Program-made: the position numbers and the translations under genes
The notes under the pieces: model-generated
The model's input: only the letters and a program-made list of their open reading frames with translations
What the model was told of the DNA's origin: nothing
Databases searched by the model: none
Shown: positions 23,201 through 37,480 of the stretch, one piece after another
How positions within the stretch are numbered: position 1 is the stretch's first letter
How the letters are laid out: each line of letters opens with the position of its first letter
NCBI RefSeq assembly: GCF_006345805.1
Contig: NC_043001.1
Location: forward strand, 50,158,001-50,222,000
Direction of reading: 5' to 3'
DNA length: 64,000 bases
Source: Octopus sinensis
Taxonomy: Eukaryota

Positions 23201-26039
23201 TACCCCCACGACTTACCAAAGAATAATGAACGGAGAAGATGGATGGATTATTGAATTACTGTTCACCAAAAATTTTTAACTCTTTTTCTGTATGTTGATA
23301 TTTATATCTATTGATTAAGCAGGTTCATGGGATTTATGCTTCGCTAACGATATCCAATAATACCGAAGCATGTCTGTTGCTATCTCTGTTCCTGATAACA
23401 AATATATTCTCCCTCAAGCTCAAGGAATAAAATTTTTAATTAATTTCTCTTTTATTGAAATTTCCCCCACTTCTCCCTCTCCGCATACACACACATACAA
23501 TTCTCTTTGCTTTATTTCCCCAACTAAAATAAAAATTATAATTTATTGGGACGATTTTTTCTTACGTCATTCAAAACATCCATTCGTTGTTGTCTTTTCA
23601 ACCCCAGGCACAAGGCCTGAAATTTTGGGGGAGGGGTCAGTTGATTAGATTGACCCCAGTATGCAACTGGTACTTAATTTATTGACCACAGTACACAACT
23701 GGTAGTTAATTTATCGACCCCGAAAAGATGAAAGGCAAAGTCGACATCAGCCATTCGTTGTTGACTTATTTACACTCTATATATCTCACTGTAGATGCAG
23801 TATGGTCGAATTGTTAAAAGCTTCACTTCGCAAACACATGGTTCTCCGGTTCGATTCCACTATGTAGTATCTTAGGCAAGCTGTTCTTTTTATAGTCAAA
23901 AGTCGACCCAAATAATTTGAGTTAAAGAGGGGGTAGACAGAAACTATATAAAAATTCGTTGGTTGAATTGTACTAGTAATTCAACAGTTAATTGCAGCCC
24001 TTGCCATACCCTATATCACGCTGATTTTGCCCGCAAATTACGTTGGGAATACACGCGTCTGTAGAATGGTCAGTCACATGTTAATTAAAGAGCAAGTAAT
24101 TCAGTTGATCAAACAACTGAATCTAAGCCGTTGATTGTCAGAGACTCACCATATTGCTATTTACTGTAACTGAATGGCGCAATGGTGTTTATAATTTACA
24201 AAATTTATTTGTTTCGAGGACGGAGTCGTCTGCCTTCATTTATTTTCAATGACATAAGAGTAAGATTGTGCGTGTATACTTTTGTACCTTCATGGGATTG
24301 AAGCCTTCTTTATAGTCCAATTTTCTTTGAGTTGCAATAATAGAATTCTCCTGAACGTCTTCTTAATCTTGGAATGAGCATTAGAAAAGTCGTCTGGAAA
24401 AATTGTGGACGTGTAGTTTATTCATTCTAACTTTGGTCGATCATCTTATAAACTAGCAGAAAGACCGCCCTCTGTAGTGGTTTTCTACTAGCCACATGAC
24501 AATGTTTTCACATTCTATTCCCAATTCTAATAATTTTTATGATATTTTACGTCTAATTATTTCTTTTTATAATAGTGTTCACTTGCTTAGCAAATATTGC
24601 TTTCATTATTTCATCACAATCATAATCTTTCTTTTTTAAACAAACGTCAAGGTAGTCCAACTATATTTAGTGTGCAAAAAAAAAAAAAAAAAAAAAGCAG
24701 CGATCACATAGAAATATTTTAATACCTATAGCGCTGCTGCAAAATTTTCTTTTTCAGTCGCATATTTTTTGGACGTCCCCATGTTGAATTGCAAAATTCT
24801 AATGTGATATTTGTGTAATAACGCAATCAAACCTAGAGTGTGTGTTTATATTACAGAGACAGTGTGCGTGTGTTTATAGTAGAGAGACTGTGTGTGTGAG
24901 GGGGGAGAAAACATTGTAAACAATGAATGAAATAAGCATGAAATAAAAAAAGTCGTATAAATAAAAGCTAGTTAAAAACTATCTTGAACTGAATATTTAA
25001 ATGTGTGAACTGCAATAATAAATTCAATAATAAAAGGAAATTCAGAAAGTAAATTTTCCTGAAAACTTCAGTTTATAAAAAATCTCACTTCCTTAGTAAA
25101 TATTTCTTTCAGTAATTTATCGTGGTTGTATTATATTTCTAATTTAAACAAACTTCAAGGTAAGCCAGCTACGTTTAACGTGCTAGAAATAACAGCGATC
25201 ACATAGTTATTATTACAAAGCTTATAGCATTCCAAACAGCCACACCAACAAAATCACTTCTTAATTAAAAACACATTATACCGGTATTTAAAAAAAAATT
25301 CACTTTATCAAAAATAGTCATTTAACAAACTCCGGAAAGCCTCAAAGCTATACAGCTATTTTGTCTAATATTTTTAAAATTTTTATTTTTATCTAGTTTC
25401 AGCTCACAAGCTGTGGCCATGCTGGGGCACCGCCATTTAATAGCATTCATTCATTTAATAAATAATTTTTTTACATTACGTATATAGAATAAACTGTGGG
25501 ATTTGCAAATAGCGAATTAAAACTTGAAATGAAAACATTGAAATAAATATATATTAAATTATCATTAATGAAAGTAAAGCCGAGAGAGAGTGAGAGACTG
25601 TTGCAAATAAAAATGGAAAATTTCGCCTTCAACGAATATTGTTTATTTAACATTAAAATCTACTCCGAAGTGAATGCAACGAATATTTAAATTTGTTAAA
25701 AACTTGTAGTCTAAATATTCAATAAACCTCAGAAATCGAAATTATAGGAAATTTCTTGGAATATGAATTTATGAAAAAAATTCCCTGACAGTCAAGCTTT
25801 ACTAATTGCTTTCTTTTAGTAACTGTTACATACCTAATTAATAAGCAGCTTTCTCCATTACAATATTCTTTAAAATGTCTCATCTTTAGAATGATATAAA
25901 TAATAACTCTGTTGTTGTTTTTGTTGATAATGATGATGATGGTGACGATGAGGACGACGACGACAACGACGATGATCATGTAATTATGGTTGTGCTGACG
26001 ATGAGGAGGAAGGGGACAATTCAACCAACGAATTTTTGG

Positions 26040-26233
26040 AGAAAGGGGGCTAGTCGATTACATCGATCCCAATGTTTCACTGGTACTTAATTTATCGACC
26101 CAGAAAGGATGAAAGGCAAAGTCGACCTCGGCGAAATTTGAACGAAAAAACGGATGAAATTTGAACGAAAAAAAGGATGAAAGGCCGCTAAGCGTTTTGC
26201 CCGGCGTGCTAACGATTCTGCCAGCTCGCCACC

Positions 26234-26235
<2 letters not shown>
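26040..26235 (-). mobile_element. SINE family 2
   Basis: Core gtcgattacatcgatcccaatg..ggatgaaaggcaaagtcgacctcggcg; head ..ccagctcgccacctta abutting (TAA)n. Confidence 0.85.
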
Positions 26236-26284
<49 letters not shown>

Positions 26285-26291
26285 CAATAAT

Positions 26292-26747
26292 AAGCCGACT
26301 ACGGCTGCTATAATGGTACGATTATAATCGTAACGGCAATGATGGCCGTCTCCCCACGAGCCAATCAAAGCTCAAAAATGATAACATTATCGTAGCACCA
26401 AAATGTTTTTGGAAACTAAAAGCAAAACTAAATCAGTATACCAAATCGCTTGTCCTATGGTTAATCTGGAAGCGCGTCCCCCAGGGAAGAGCCAGCCTGG
26501 GATCGAAAAGTCATCAACTGGCACAAACTCTTCTCCGAATACGGACATGGATGGTCACTTGAACGGGAAATCCCCCGACTCGAGCCCTCCAAGTTCACCA
26601 CCACAACCACCACAGAAAGAAAAATGTAAGCGAAACAAATGGACCCGAGAAGAGTATAAAGAAGTAATATACGCTTATTACTATGCATTAGGTAGGCCAT
26701 CTCAAGAGAGACACACCGCAAACTCTTACAGTGCTCACGTATTTTAA
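26292..26747 (+). mobile_element. R4/Dong-like N-terminal fragment
   Basis: ORF 26403..26747 contains KRNKWTREEYKEVIYAYYYA, homologous to KHKWTREECISILQGYF near 40760; preceded by (TAA)n. Confidence 0.6.
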
Positions 26748-26884
26748 TTAAAAAAAAAAAAAAAATGAACGAACTATTGAGTTTGGTTTAATGGCCTACC
26801 AATGTATACTATGAGTTTCTTTGCCCTAGGAGTCGGGAAGACACTCGGCAAGAAATGGAAGCAAATTTGAAAAAGAAAGAAAAA

Positions 26885-26919
<35 letters not shown>

Positions 26920-27559
26920 CCTTTCTACTAAAGGCACAAGGCCTGACATTTTTGAGGAGGGGACTAATCGATTACATGGACCCCAATGTTTCACTGGTAT
27001 CTAACTTATCGATCTCGAAAGGATGAAAGGCTAAGTCGACCTCGACGGAATTTGATCGATTAGATCGAACCCAGTGCTTAACTGGTACTTATCTTATGGA
27101 CCCCGAAGAGGTGAAAGGCAAAGTCGGCGTCGGCGGTATTAATAATATCAAAATCATGACTTTACTTGCGTCATGTTTGCTGGACTGATAAACAGGTTCC
27201 ACTCTATTTCTTATTTATTTCACTGTTGAACAGTTGTTGATAAGCAGGAAAGGTTGTGTAACTACGACCGAAAAAATAACATTTCCTTCAACAATACGCA
27301 AATATGTATAATATGTAAATATATTTATTGCTTCTATTGAGGCAATAAAGGAATTGAAATGAAGTAGAAAAAAACTCATAGCAAATTAATTTGTATTTAC
27401 TCTTTCTACTTTAGGCTTCGCTTTTATTTATATAACATTTATCGCTTACCGTTGTCTGCTTACAAAATTCTCTACCTCCATTTTGCCTTTTTTTTTATTA
27501 CCTAATCCCTATCTCTTTCAGAATATTTCTTTGCCCTCTCCATCTCCTCGTCTCCCTCT

Positions 27560-27669
27560 TCTTTGTTATCTTCTCTGACTCTGTCTGTCTCTCTTTCAAA
27601 GTCTCTTGTTCATCGCTCCTCTCCCCACTCTTCAATCCGCTTTTCTTTACTATCACCACTCTCTTTGTT

Positions 27670-27725
<56 letters not shown>

Positions 27726-27729
27726 TCCT

Positions 27730-27771
<42 letters not shown>

Positions 27772-27908
27772 TTATTTTCTTTCTTTCTTTCTTGCTTGCT
27801 TGATTGTTTTCTTTCTTTCTTTCTTATTTTCTTTCTTTCTTTCTGTCTTTCTTGCTTGCTTGCTTGTTTGTTTCTTTCTTTCTTCCTTATTTACTTTCTT
27901 TCTTTCCT

Positions 27909-27946
<38 letters not shown>

Positions 27947-29480
27947 TTTCTTTCTTGCTTGCTTGTTTTCTTTCTTTCTTTCTTGCTTTCATTCATTCAT
28001 TCATTCATTCTTTCTTTCTTTCTTTCTTCCTTCCTTATTTACTTTCTTTCTTTCCTTCTTTCCTTCTGTCTTTCTTTCTTTCTTGCTTGTTTGCTTGCTT
28101 TCTTTCTGTCTGTCTGTCTTTCTTTCTTTCTTTCTTTCTTGCTTTCTTTCTTTCATTCATTCATTCTTTCTTTCTTGCTTGCTTTCTTTCTTGCTTTCTT
28201 TCAGTCTTTCTTTCTTATTTGCTTAGGGAGAGAGAAAGAGAGAGATGAGGAAGAGGGAGAAGAGAGAAAACAAGGGATAGAGGGAGATGTAGAGAAAGGG
28301 GGAGAAGAGAGGAGACAGAAGGAGAGAATTGAAAAAAAAGATAGACAAAGAAAGATTAGCAATGTCTCTTATCCCTAGTCTTGAATTCTCTCTTCTTTGC
28401 TCTCCCCTCCCTTATTCCTCTCACATTCCCCTGTTTAATTACTTCTCTCTTCAATTCTCACTACTATCTCTCCTTCTCTATTTTCCCCCTCTCTAACTCT
28501 TTCCATTCTCTCTTGTTTTTCTCTTGCTCCCTCTTTCTCTTTTTCTCTCCATCCTTTGTTTGTCTATTTATAAATCTCTCCTCTCTCTCTCCCATGTTCT
28601 ATCTCTCTTTCTACTTTTTCTTGTTAACACTCTCCTTTACACTTCTTCCTTTCTCTCTTATTTACTTCACTAATCTCTTGCTTTCTCTCTCTCTCCCTCT
28701 TTTTCATCCTTTTCATTTCTCTCCTATCTCTCTCCCATCTCGCTCCCTTTTCTTCTTCTCACTTCTCTACAAACTTCTCTCCCCCATCTGCTCTCTCTCT
28801 TTTCTCCCCTTTTGTCTCTTTTCTCGCTTCTCTCCTTCTCTCTCTTCTCCCTTCATTTCTCTCTCTTCTCACCACTGTCAACCTCTCCCTCTCTTCTCTC
28901 TCTGTTTTCTTACTCTCCCCCTCTCTCCCCTCTTCATCTCTCCTTCCCTCTAGCTATTCCTTTCTCTTTCTTCCACCCTCAACAACTCGTCTTCTCCCTC
29001 TCACTTCTCTCTCTCCTCTTTCTTATCTCCCTCCCTGTCTTCTTAATCTTCACTCTCTCATCTCCCTTACTATCTTCTTAGTCTCCCACCTTCTATGTCT
29101 CTCACCTCCTTCTCTCTTCTCTGTTGTCTTCCTCCTCTCTGTCTTCTTACTCTCCCTCTCTCTCGCCCTCTACATCACTTCCTCCCACTTTCTATCCCTT
29201 TATCTTTCCCCCTCCGTCTACGACTCATGTTTTCCCTCTCTTTTCTCTCTCTCTCTCTCTCTCTCTCCCGTATTCTTAGTCGCCATCTCTCGCCCTCTTC
29301 ATCTCTCTCTCTCTTCCTTTTTCGTTCTCCCACCCTCTACATCTCTTCCCTCACTCTCTACATCTCTTTCCTCACCCTCTACATCTCTTTCCTCACCCTC
29401 TAAATCCCTTCCCTCACCCTCTCCCATTTCACACTCCATCTCTCTCCTTCCATTTTCTCTTTATTTACTTCACTTCACTA
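27560..29480 (+). repeat. Long pyrimidine-rich low-complexity block ((CTTT)n, then CT-rich) with a short purine island at ~28225-28360
   Basis: Read directly; the F/L/S-rich ORFs here are compositional. Confidence 0.95.
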
Positions 29481-29854
29481 ATCTCTCTCTTCCTCACATC
29501 TATCCACATACACCCTCTATACAGTACTCACTATATATACATACTTAAAACATTATTTGCTATTCAGCATTTACTTTCACTTTCTCTTTAGTCTTTCTCT
29601 TCTTTCAATGTATTTCTCTGTTTCTAATTTTACTTTCTCCTGTTTAGCTATTTACCCCGCTCTCACTCACATTCTCTCTTTCTCTTCGTGCTGTTTGTTT
29701 GTCTTTGTATTATTTTTTTCCATCTAAAATCATTAATGTCTTAGAGCAGATTGCTATTTTGATGCTTCTAGTCAATAGGATGAACCGAGATGAAAATAAA
29801 ATAGAAATGCGCAAGCTCCCCCCTCTCTCTCTCTATGTATGATGTGTGCGTGCG

Positions 29855-29896
<42 letters not shown>

Positions 29897-30027
29897 TGTG
29901 CGCGTGTGTTTGTGTATGCAGCATGTAGTACATAATGAGTCTTATTTTTGGAGAAAAAAATGCAGATAAATAGAAAGAGAGATAGACAGACAGACAGGTC
30001 GATCAATTCGATAGACAGACAGACAGG

Positions 30028-30143
<116 letters not shown>

Positions 30144-30421
30144 TAATTTGTGGAGTTTGTGTGGGTGTGTAAACGGGTGGATAGATACATACACAGTTGT
30201 TTGGCACAAAACTTAACTAACACATGATGATGATGGTGATGATGATGTTGATGATGATAGCCACAACGACGATAACGATGATGATGGTATTGATCATGAT
30301 GATCATGATTACCGTGGAAACTATCCATATATTAAGTTTTCTGACAAGAAGCAATGCCGCATTACTCCATAAATACAACTCTTGTTCTGGTATTATTGGG
30401 TGAGAGGATGAGTATGGCTTA

Positions 30422-30462
<41 letters not shown>

Positions 30463-30950
30463 GTGTCCAAATGGTTAAGAAATTCGATTCGCAGTTATGA
30501 GTGTCCCGAGTTCATTCCTACTGCGAAGCAACTGGAGCAAGTATCATTTTTCGTATCCTCCGACTGTCTCAAGTCTTGTGCGTGACATTGAGAAGACGAA
30601 AATCGTACCAAATTCTGTCAGATTGGTTGTGTCTATAGTTCAAAGACTCACTCCTGTCACATAATGTCATACTAAACAACAATTCAAAACTATAAAGCTA
30701 CATTTTCTTTTTTTTGAATAAGAAATTTACCTCTGTATTTAAGTGGATTAAGGGGCATAATATATTGTAAATGAATATTTCGTGAATACTTTGAAATGTA
30801 AACCTAATATCATTATTATCACGTTACAACACCTGATTTTCCAATTTTCCTGAGCTATAGATCCCCTAATACATTTTCATTTCTTTCCAGATTGTTTCGG
30901 AAAATATTCAACTCAATCGCGTACACCGGGATCCAGATTACATTTCCAAT

Positions 30951-31526
30951 GTGCCTAAAGCTACAAAGTTTTCCGAAATTGAACAAGGGAAGATTCATGC
31001 ATTGAAAGCGGAAGGACTGAGTAAGCGGAAGATTGCTGAGAAGGTTCGGCGAAACAGCGCCAGCGGACAATTTTCTGAAAGATCCTGACGGCTACAACAG
31101 GGTTCATGCTGGTGGATGTCACAAGGCTACATCAGAAAGCGCTGAAAGGGCCATTGTCAGAGCTGTGTAAAAGTCACGCTGCTCTTCTGTTTCCAAAATC
31201 AAGGCATCAGCAGGAGTAGGAGCCTCGACATCCACCATAAGAAGAATGATTCTGAATCGTGGCTGCCATCTGAAGATGCAGCTAGGATGTCTGTTATTAT
31301 CCCCTTCTCACAAAGCTGTTAGATTAGAGTTTGCTCGGTAGCATCAGACGTAGGATGGTGAATGGACCAAGGTTCTGTTCTCTGATGAGAAAAAATGAAA
31401 TTTGTATATTCTCGACGGTTAAAAGTATTATTGGACAGATAAATGTAAGCAAAATTCTACTTATTCCAAGTGGCAAAACAGCGGAGCAATATCTGCCAAT
31501 GGGAAGCTGCTACACACACACACACG

Positions 31527-31563
<37 letters not shown>

Positions 31564-31979
31564 ATACAAACTAAGTGGCTGTCATCAATGCTATACAATA
31601 ATCAATATGTTGGACGGGGCTCACATTGACGAAGAAGGAATTAGGCTCTATGGCAAGAATTTCATATCTCAATACGACAATGCTCTTTTTCATAAAGCAA
31701 AGACAACTTTGGATTTCCTCCTAGCAACTGGGGTTGAAGTCTTGCCAAGGCCAGCAAAAAGTCCCAACCTTAATTCTATAGAAAATGCCTTGGGGATATC
31801 TCACGAATGCTGTGTAAAGCGAAGGCAAGCAGTATTCATCTGTTGATGAATTTGAAACGGCAATAAAGAAGGCCTTGGAAGAGCCTCCACTTGATCTGCT
31901 GCTGAGGTTGATTGGGAGCATGAAATCGCGTGTCTTTGAAGTAATTCAGAAAGGTGGTGGTCAAACACACTATTGTTGA
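30951..31979 (+). mobile_element. Tc3-like (Tc1/mariner) transposase pseudogene
   Basis: PKATKFSEIEQGKIHALKAEGLSKRKIA..FLKDPDGY..LSPSHKAVRLEFAR..WTKVLFSDEKK; QYDNALFHKAK..EVLPRPAKSPNLNSIEN; ..SMKSRVFEVIQKGGGQTHY; stops, frameshifts and a (CA)n insertion at ~31511-31560. Confidence 0.85.
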
Positions 31980-33479
31980 TGTGTTGCATGAGAATATCAT
32001 TGAAATATATTATAATTTCCCTGTTTTGCATCATTTTTGCAAAATTATTCAATCTGACATTATAGTTTTGAGCAGTGAGTTTGTAGCTTTGTATGTTTTT
32101 TTAATTATTATCTAATTTATTTCTGGAGTTCAATAAATTTGAGTATTACAATGTCTTCACTTATTCCATTTCCTATCTAGACGTGAGTTTCACGAATTTG
32201 GGTAGTATAGTTCACCAGAGAAAGCAGACAATGCACTGACTTTATAGTTTTGAAGAGGAGTTTAATTCCACTTCAGGATTACGTTAAGAGAACATGTCTC
32301 TTTCGGGAGCAATGAAATAAAGAAAAATACCAGCCTGAAGGAGGTAGGTTGGTACAATTGTTCGAGTATTGGACATGATGCTCTTGCGGTATTTGTTTTG
32401 ATTCTTTGGCACTTTGAGTTTAAATCAAGACGCTATTAATGTTCTCACTCGTCCTTCTGGGGTTGAAAAAAGAAATAGAGCAGCAGTGCTCAAAGGGTAC
32501 TAATTTTATCGACCACAAAATAATAAGTAAAGTCAACCTCTGTGGAACGTAAAAAGCCAGAAGAAATGCCGCTAAGTATTTTGTTCGACACATTAATGAT
32601 TCTGCTCGCTCGCTACCTTGATGATGATGATGATGATGATGATGAAATCTTTATTAACCACTAAGGAATCACAAAAAGAATGAGGACAGTATAGGACGAT
32701 GCGACGCAATACAATGTGGAGTTATATGAAAGCGTGTAAACAATAAATTGATAAAAACAATTAAAGAAATTATTCAAACAAGAAATGATTCCACAAAAGG
32801 GTGGGAAATTCCGAGAGCTGCTTGTGGAAACCGCAGTCACCTTGACCACCAGGGCAAGTGCCCTCTCCCTATTCTTCATCCTTAATAGCCACATGTTCAG
32901 TGCAAGCACATTCAGTTGGAATGTCTACTTCCAACCACCTTTAAACAAATTTGCTGAAACGCAACACTTTCCTCTCTTCCATCAATTTCCTTCTTAAGTA
33001 AAACTTGAATAAATTGACGAGGGCTTTTTCAGTCTGTTTCACCACACAATCTCTTTTGCTAAGGCAAAATACTGCCTGTCTTTCTCAGCTGAAGGAGGGT
33101 AGTTGACGGCCCTTCCAAGCCCGGAGACTGTATCTTCCACAGGTAATGAACCTCAATAGCACCAGCGATGCTAGAGTGCGTGCCCCCCCCCCCCCCCCGG
33201 GGCGGTCCTTCCGTTTGCCGCCCTAGGACCCCACAAAAAACACATATTGCCTACAGCAGACCCAAAAGTGCCACTCGGGGCAATAGCGTTGCCAGGCCAG
33301 GGATTTTTGAAAATTATTGACGGACACCAGATGGAAAGTTCCAAGTAAAAGTAACAAAAAGAAAATCAATAAATAGATATGAACAAATAGCAGTAATATG
33401 AAACAAGAAAATAGCTTCAGATTGGAGGTCAACCACATAGGAGGACGTAGGATACTCTATACACAGCCCTGAATTACGC

Positions 33480-33790
33480 CTTTACTCAGTTCTTGCCGCA
33501 GACTAACATCCATATAGTGAGGGTAGGCCAATCAACCACATCAATTTCGCCTCTCTTAACCACCTTTCATAAAATTTACTGGAGGACAGCGTCGCTTTCT
33601 CAGCCTTCACATTCCTCTTCAAGAACTTGGTGGAGGCTCGGCCATAGAAGAAAAGATATATCCTCGTACCCACGTTACATAACTTCCTTCACCACTCAGA
33701 CAGAGGAAACAGGCAGTTCAGTATTAACAATAGACTTTGCTAATAACTGAACCAGTGAAGACCACTGGCACTATCCTGCCCTGAAAAAAC
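33480..33790 (-). mobile_element. Possible Tx1/L1-type ORF2 C-terminal remnant
   Basis: KFLKRNVKAEKATLSSSKFYERWLREAKL resembles Tx1 ORF2 ends; weak, by eye only. Confidence 0.3.
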
Positions 33791-34646
33791 TAACAAAGCC
33801 CCCCCCCCAAAAAAAAACAGAAGCAAATAAACTGGTTTCCTATGAAAATTATATTTATCTAAATTATCTCAAGGGCCGAAATTTGTTCTTCGCCAAAACA
33901 GAAAAGTAGTAATAGAGACAAGGAGAATACGCTGCTACACTACATGTCTATTATACAGTTATATTCTACCCACAAAACGAAACAAGTGCAATATACGGAC
34001 ATAAATATAACATTTAGAAAGAGAATAATCTTCACCTAAAAGTAATTTTGGATCCCAAAAGACTAGCTAATTCAAGAAGACATTCTCAAAACCAAACCTG
34101 TAGCATGTATAGAAATAGAATACATTAAGGAAAGAATACACTACGAAAATACAAGGAACAGACAACAAAAATAAAACATAAATAAGGAAATAACGAAAAT
34201 GCAAGTAACAGGAATAAAAGCATTCGAATTATAAACATTGGGAATGTAAAATCACGAAAATATACCAAAGGCATACATAACAAGCAAAACTAAATAACAA
34301 AGCGTAATAAAATCAGACTCTAGAATATCTACTGAATACTGGTCAACAGAAGCCAAACTAGAAAAACTCAAACGAAAATATGAATAAAAGGAAAAGATAA
34401 AAGAGAATATTTTAAGAATGGAGAATTCTAAAGATAGAAATTCTGATTGTGACAATAACATAAAGATGGGAAGAGTTAAAGAATTAAAATCAATAGAATT
34501 TTCACTGGACCAACAAAAGCCCTCTACCACCACCACCACCACAACCACAACCAGCTCCCAATGATAACGATAAAATAGCAGTGATAACAATTTAATGTAC
34601 ACCTGGTCATTATTATTTGGTGCAAACAAATTCAGATATCAGTATC

Positions 34647-34879
34647 TATTTCTTTACTACCCACAAGGGGCTAAACACAGAGGGGACAAACAAGGACAGA
34701 CAAACGGATTAAGTCGATTACATCAACCCCAGTGCATAACTGGTACTTAATTTATCGACCCTAAAAGGATGAAAGGCAAAGTCGACCTCGGCGGAATTTG
34801 AACTCAGAACGCAGCGGCAGACGAAATACCGCAATGCATTTCGCCCGGCGTGCTAACGTTTCTGCTAGCTCGCCGCCTT
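34647..34879 (-). mobile_element. SINE family 2 with 19-bp TSD
   Basis: AAATTCAGATATCAGTATC at 34628-34646 and 34880-34898. Confidence 0.92.
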
Positions 34880-35292
34880 AAATTCAGATATCAGTATCAC
34901 CAGAATCAAGAAAACATGTGTAAACATGTTACAAAGAAAACTGGGCATTTCCTTAGTTTTACTGAGATAAGCGCAGGCATAGCTGTGTGGTTTATAAATT
35001 CGATTTGCAATCATGTGGCTCCTGTTTCAGTCCTGTTGCGCGGCATCTTGGGCAAGTGTCTTCTACTATATAGACCCGAATCGACCAATGTCTTGTGAAA
35101 GAATTTTGTTAACAGAAACTGTATGGAAATCTATCTGTCGTATATGTGTGTTTTTGTATGTGTATGTGTATATGTTTTCGTGTTTGTCTATCTCACATAG
35201 CTTGACAACCGGTGATGGTTCATTTATGTCCTCGTAACTTTGCTCTGTGGTAAAAGAGACCAATAGAATTAGTACGAGACTTAAAAAAAAGT

Positions 35293-35772
35293 ATCAGTGG
35301 CTGTGTGGTAAGTAGCTTGCTTACGAACCACATGGTTCCGGATTCAGTCCCACCTTGGGCAGTGGCACCTTGGGCAAGTGTCTTCTACTATAGCCTGGGG
35401 TCGACCAAAGCCTTGTGTGTGGATTTGGTAAACGGAAACTGAAAGAAGCCCGTCTTATATATATATAGATATATATATATATATATATATTATGTAGTAT
35501 GTAGTATGTATTATGTATGTATGTATGTATGTATGCATGCATGCATGTATGTTATGTGGGTATATGTTTGTCTGTGTTTGTCCCTCCAACATTGCTTGAC
35601 AATCGATGCTGGTGTGTTTACGTCCCCGTAACTTAGCGGTTCGGCAAAAGAGACCGATAGAATAAGTACTAGGCTAACAAAGAATAAGTCCTGGGGTCGA
35701 TTTGCTCGACTAAAGGCGGTGCTCCAGCATGGCCACAGTCAAATGACTGAAACAAGTAAAAGAGTAAAAGAG
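35293..35772 (+). mobile_element. SINE family 1, full-length
   Basis: gtggctgtgtggtaag (A-box-like), ggttccggattcagtcc (B-box-like), ccttgggcaagtgtctt core, TA/ATGT microsatellite, tail ending gtaaaagagtaaaagag. Confidence 0.9.
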
Positions 35773-36894
35773 AGGTCGATTTGTTCGACCAAGCCCTAAA
35801 CCTTTCAGGGCGGTATCCCATCATTGCCGCAGTCCAATGACTAACATATAAAAGATAAAAGACAGGGACAACATAATTAAATAGGGTGGTAAATATATGT
35901 ACAGTATGAGAAAGAGAATAGAGTAAAAGATCTCTCGACTCTTAATGAAATCTACAATGAAAAGGTGCTAAATGATTGAAGAAAAGACAAGAGAGAAATG
36001 CAATGAGATACAATATAACAAAGAACGTTTTTGGTGAGTGTAAAATGGCAAGTGTTGATGCAGTGTTGTTAAACCACGAGATCCTAGGTTCCACCTTACT
36101 GCATGGCATCTTGGGCTGATGTAATTTTTTAAAAATATATATTTTCGTGTTGAGCCATGCCTTATGAGTAAAATTTTGTAGACAGAAACTGTCTAGAAGC
36201 TCATTGAAACTCGGAATATTCGGCCACAAACGCGTTGACGTGGAGTGGTTGCTTGTGTTGCAGAAATCGTATCGTTGCTGGAGCTTTTTGTTGGGAGAAA
36301 GCTGCGTGTAGAGTAACTGAAACAAACTCACGACCTTTAACTTTACTGTTTATTATCGGACATAATGTATTTGGTAGTGGCTATTTACAGTGAAAAATAT
36401 TAATAATGCCGCCTGGGAGGTGAGAAAAACCGCATTGCGTCCGTAGAAGCTACTTATTGGACATTGTGTGAATGTTCAGAATCGGTTTGTCCGAGTAATG
36501 ATTCCTCTGCGCAAAAGTCCGAAGCTGCCGGCTTGAATACCAGAGGTCGTCTGCGTGGTAATAGATGAAGCGTGAGAATCAGTCTGTTGCTCTCTATACG
36601 ACAAAAGGGTAAATTCTAGAACATTCGAGCAAATCATATCACACCACAACTTTACGGTGATTGGTTGGTTTATAAATCAACCATGTGAAACTGTGGTGGT
36701 CACTTGTGGTGGTCACTTGTGGTGGTCACTTGTGGTGCCTAGCCGAGTATCTAGCGGTTAGAGTTCGAATCCCCTGTACAATTCAGGAGTAGGTAATTCA
36801 GTTGATTGAACAAATGAACTGCCATCTTCAAATCACAGAGATCTATAAACTATTACAAAGCATGTGTAGGCCCAGTATGACCGATTTGTTAATG

Positions 36895-37480
36895 AGAAGA
36901 GTGAGAGGGGAGACAAAGAGAGAGAGAGTAAGAGTTAGAGAGAGGGAAGAGTGAAAGTGAGAGAAGGGGAAGAGTGAGTGGGGAGAGAAAGAGACAGTGA
37001 GAGAGAGAGGGAGTGAGAGTGAGAGGGTAGAAAAAGAGACAGTGAGAGAGAGAGAGTGAGAGTGAGAGAGAGGAAGAGGGAGAAGAGTGTGAGAGAGCGA
37101 GAAGAGGGGAAGAGTGATAGGGGAGAGAAAGAGAGAGTGGGAGTGAAAGTGAGAGTGAGAGAGAGAGTGGGACAGAGAGAAAGAGAAAGGGAAGAGTGAG
37201 AGACAAGCGTGAGAGAGAAGGGGATGTGAGAGAGGAGACAGAGAGTGAGAGAGGAAGAGGTAGAAGAAAGAGAGAGAGAGAAGGGGAAGAGAAGGAGAGA
37301 GAGAGAGGAGAGAGAGAGAAGGAAGAGTGAGAAAGAGAGGGAGAGAGAGAAGTGGGAAGAATGAGAGGGGAGAGAAAGACAGAGAGTGAATGTGAGAGAG
37401 TGAGAGTGAGAGAGAGAGGAAGAGAGAGAGGGGGAAGCGTGGGAGGAGAGAGAAAGAGAGAGTGAGAGTGAGAGAGAGAA
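36895..37480 (+). repeat. Purine-rich (GA/GAGT) low-complexity block
   Basis: Read directly. Confidence 0.95.

Noticed and set aside
27563-29403. Long F/L/S-rich membrane-like ORFs (up to 271 aa)
   Set aside because: CT-rich low-complexity DNA lacks stop codons by composition.
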